NCBI GenBank assembly: GCA_001244265.2
Contig: LN717261.1
Coordinates: 1,751,591-1,815,590, forward strand
Length of the DNA: 64,000 nucleotides
From: Microbotryum violaceum
Lineage: Eukaryota
Direction: 5' to 3'
Made by a program: the position numbers and the translations under genes. The notes under the pieces were generated by a model. That model saw only the letters and a program-made list of their open reading frames with translations. It did not search any database and was not told where the DNA came from. How positions within the stretch are numbered: the first letter of the stretch is position 1; the number at the start of each line of letters is the position of its first letter. This document shows, one piece after another, positions 60,132 through 64,000 of this stretch.

Positions 60132-61433
60132 ATGATGAAAAGAGCCGAAACACAACCCACTTACAACAGTGCCGATGCGCAGCGAAGACCTCTCTCAATC
60201 GATGACGTTGATCGACTTGCCGCAATGTGGGCAGAATAACGCGCCACCTTTTCCTCCTTGAACACCAACAACTTCGAAATTGTCAAGTTACCCGATGATA
60301 ACTATGGCCATGCGGTCCTGGCCCAGGACACGGCTCAAATAATATGTGAGGCCCGTGCGCCTGACCCTTAGGAGAAGAGACGCGCGCCTGGGCACTCTTA
60401 GTCTCTCCTCAGCGACTAACTTAGAGTTTCCAGGTGAGCCCAAGTGTATCAGAAGGCATTGTCATAGCAGCGACTAACGTAGAGTGTCCAGTGTCAATCC
60501 TACATACTTTGGTCCTGTGATCCTATCGTTGTCGCTCCGGTGTGCACTCCTACGGGGTGTACTACATAATCGTCACAATGTTTGAGAAGATTGTGTCAAT
60601 TGATCCCTCAACAGGGATGCCACCGGTGTAGTAAGTGACATGAACAGCAAATCGTTTAGGGGAGGAGACCATTGATATATATTGATTGATGTCAACCAAC
60701 CGCCCACTCAGCCTCAGAGACGCGGACATGGAACGGTAGGCCGACCAGAACTCTTCTTTCGACAAGTCGGTCTGGAGCTCGCAACACCCGAAGCCGTCGT
60801 CGTCGACGCTCTGCAACACATACGGGAGAAATTCGCTAAGGAAATGGCTCCCGCATGTAGCATAGCGACAGATTCATGTAGGTAACTCCATTAACCGTGC
60901 TCTACGTCTGGGATTATTGAGGAGCTAATGGAAGACTACCAAGCAGCAATTCCCTTCAATACATCATCTTTGAATGTCAACCCTCGAATTGTCTTTCTTC
61001 ACCATCAACTGGTGACACTACATGCGTGAGTCATCTTTGACATGGCTGTGCAGTCTTAAGCATGACATGAGCTGATATGAAAAACAGACATTGGACGTCT
61101 GTGACAGGAGGTGACCCTATCCCCGAAAAGGGGGGGCACCCACCGTTGCCAACTTGGGAGAACGACATCGATGGAAGCAAGTATCACAGCTTCTACAAAA
61201 ATGCTGCCGAAGGCATTTACAATGGGCGAAAAGTAGCAAAGTCCTATGCTACACCGCTGCCTGTCAACGTTGACGGCCATGCTGATCTGTACACACACAC
61301 CATCCTAAGGGTGGGGGATGTCTGTTCAGTCATGTGCTTGATACAAGGCAGAGCGTGGAAGTCAAAGGCCACGGGAAAATACAGCGGAAGGATTGACTTC
61401 GTACCGTTGAGAATCCGGGTCCATGGACACTAA
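60132..61433 (+). pseudogene. Helitron-associated accessory gene of unknown function (spliced; in-frame TAA near 60237)
   Basis: ATG at 60132, GT-AG introns, last exon ..GRKVAKSYATPLPVNVDGHADLYTHTILRVGDVCSVMCLIQGRAWKS..RIRVHGH*. The 3' end is duplicated at ~62135-62271. Confidence 0.6.
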
Positions 61434-62666
61434 ATGTAAGTCTTCACTGCCATTGCTACAGATGGACAACAGCAAGAATACTGATAGCTGCACGACGTCT
61501 CGGAGGTCTGAAGCTCAGCAACAACATTTTCAATGGGAAAGGCCTGAGCGAAAGCGTTCCGGTCCGGTCCCACACAGCTCTTCGCCGAACCCTGCCTCTA
61601 CCACATCAACATCGACGAATCATTCTACTTCCAGAGGATCTAGGGCACATCAAGTGCGGAGACTCAGGGAAAGGCAGCAAATGATTCTATCAATCAATCG
61701 CCTCCACCCCAGCCAACGCCCGACGTCCACTCTGTCCCGGTGGATGTCGTCATCCAATGGATCCACCGCCTGTGAACGCTTCGATCTCTCGAAGGTTTTA
61801 AGGTCAACAAAGACGTTGTCAACGGGAAAGGCTCGAGCGAGAGCGTTCCAGTCCGGTCCCACAGTTCTTCGCCGAACCCTGCGTCTACCGCATCAACATC
61901 GACGAACCAGTCTACTTTCAGAAGATCTAGGGCACACCGACGTCAAGCCGCCACACAGTCACCGATGGCGCTGACACTGCGTCTACTGCCGGAGGATCAA
62001 CTTCATCCAATGGATCCACCGGCTATGAACGCTGCGATCTCTTGGAGGTCTCAAGGTCAGCAAAGACGTCTTCAATGGGAACGGCTTGAGCGAGAGCGTT
62101 TCGTGTAACAGAACTGCTGATTTTCAGTGTGAGGCACCATCCTAAGGGTGGGGGATGTCTGTTCAGTCATGTGCTCGATACAAGGCAGAGCATGGAAGTC
62201 AAGGGCCACGGGAAAATACAGCAGAAGGAGTGACTTCATACCGCTGAGAATCCGGGTCCATGGGACACTAAATGTAAGTCTTCACTGCCATGGCTACAGA
62301 TAGACAACAGCAAGAATACTGATAATTGTGTCACGCAAAAACATACGTCTGACTTGATGAATTGCGGCTCACCGTAAAGTGGCAGCTTGCAAGTCAAGCT
62401 TGCGACACCCGTGAAAAGGTCCACACTCGACGCAGGTCTCGACGACATTCTGAGCCCATCATCGGGCTCCCGGAAAACAAAAAAGTAGCTCAATGATGGA
62501 ATGAAGACTGTGTACATTTGATTGTTGTGCGCGGTCCTCTCCGGACCTGAACCACTAGGTTTCCGTTACAACAGTAGCGCAGCTGTTGCAGCAAAGCACA
62601 TCACATTGCAGCGGATCAAGGGCTACGGTGTGAGGTGGCGCACTCCGCGCGCGCCGCCGAACCTAG

Positions 62667-62808
62667 TAGTATAATAAAATAGGCCGTCGAGACAAAGAAC
62701 GTTCTAGAACGAGACAAAGAACGTTCTAGAACGAGACAAAGAACGTTCTAGAACGAGACAAACCACGTGGCGTGACGTCATGGCGCGCTTCGCGCGCCAC
62801 CGCACTAG
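62667..62808 (+). mobile_element. Mini-Helitron with a 22-bp tandem repeat (three copies)
   Basis: gagacaaagaacgttctagaac occurs three times; same hairpin and CTAG|T end as 49009-49117. Confidence 0.65.
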
Positions 62809-63119
62809 TTTCAGAGCATTTCCAGAACATTTCCAGCTTCGCTGGATAAAACTTATGGCTGTGTTTGCAATGACTACATCAAGATGTGAGCACTACTGCC
62901 TGCCGTGTGGTACAAGACTCTGACTAGTGTGTATAAGTCCGTGACAGCGAAAACAATTCATTGCACAAGTTGCTACTTCAGTGTGACGAAGTGGGGGATC
63001 TAGACACGATCCAGAACGATTAGAACGATTCAGACGTCAAGTCATCTAGACAGATTTAGCCGCGCACCGGCAAGTGGTAAAGTTCCTGAAGGGGGGACAC
63101 CTCTTTGTCATTGGCTTTA

Positions 63120-64000
63120 CCAGTGGGAACCCGTTAAATTAACGGGAGGATCAAATTCGAGAAATAGCAGGATAATCGAACAGTCTACATGATTTCAGCT
63201 CAGAGATTAAGAGAACACAATACGAAGTACAGCAAAGAAACAGAATTCATTCATTCTACATTCATCGCCAAAACAGCCTGCATGTCGCTTGTTGCCGGAT
63301 TGGCTTCAAACACTTGTGCAATGAGATCCGGACGGTTGCATGCTTTGTCATTCGGCCTCAGTGCAGCCTTGATTTCCGGTGCTTCGGGGACGTACGACAT
63401 TGTGATGAGCAGCGGAGGCTTTCCATGTTTGACAACGCACGCCATCGCATCCTGGTATCGCTGCGTGATGTCGCGCGGTCTATTCTTGATCATCGAACGT
63501 CCAAATTGGTTCGGGTCAAGCCGTTGATGCCTTGGGTCGTGGTGAGGCGTAGGTTTTCTTGATGCAACCGGATATGTTGAGTTGATCGGTCTCGACTTGG
63601 AAGTATATCCGTAAATCACAAACTCCAGGAAGGGACGTTGGGTGCAATGCGGGATTGAGAAGTACTCGTCGCGTTTGGCAAGTAGTGCGCAAAGATTTGT
63701 GAACGGGAGACTCGCCACCTCGACCCCTTCACTTGACCTTTGTCCTAGGTGTTCAAAAGTTCAATGTCAGTCTGTGCTTGCGCCTTAGACAGAATGGAAC
63801 ATCAGAGAAAGAGCCGAAGACGCGTACGTTCGCCATCACCATCCTCTTCGTCCCCTTCCTCGCCGTCTTCATCCTCATCGTCGCGGTCTTTGTCCATCTC
63901 TTCGCCTCCGTCATCAAGACCGAGACCGACAAGTACCTCGCGCAATTGGACACCATTGGATCTGCTCTCGGTTTCTGGCAATGGGTGGCCCAGCTTGGTT
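63120..64000 (-). mobile_element. Inverted, internally deleted copy of Helitron family 1 (continues beyond the window)
   Basis: Homologous to ~37850-38630, joined directly to the region from ~41725 to the 3' hairpin and CTGG. Confidence 0.85.

Overview
Eukaryotic, intron-rich fungal DNA, most likely a basidiomycete. A Pucciniomycotina/Microbotryum-like origin is inferred from the gene style and a TCG->TTG mutation bias; it is not proven. The window is mostly nested transposons: two copies of one Ty1/copia family with TG...TA LTRs, a chromodomain Ty3/gypsy element, a 5'-truncated L1-like LINE, two CxC1-KDZ (Kyakuja-Dileera-Zisupton) transposase loci (one with both TIRs and an 8-bp TSD), a long-TIR element carrying a Ulp1-like peptidase and no visible transposase, and several Helitrons including ~110-140 bp minis. 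Three host genes are recognisable: C1D/Rrp47, SF3B5 and a damaged class III alcohol/formaldehyde dehydrogenase. The most notable observations are an unannotated protein family found twice downstream of divergent Helitron RepHel genes, a TRIM-like PBS-PPT-miniLTR module inside a copia element, spliced and unspliced forms of an intron side by side in one LTR, and a convergent companion gene shared by both KDZ loci. All alignments were done by eye, and exon boundaries are approximate unless stated.
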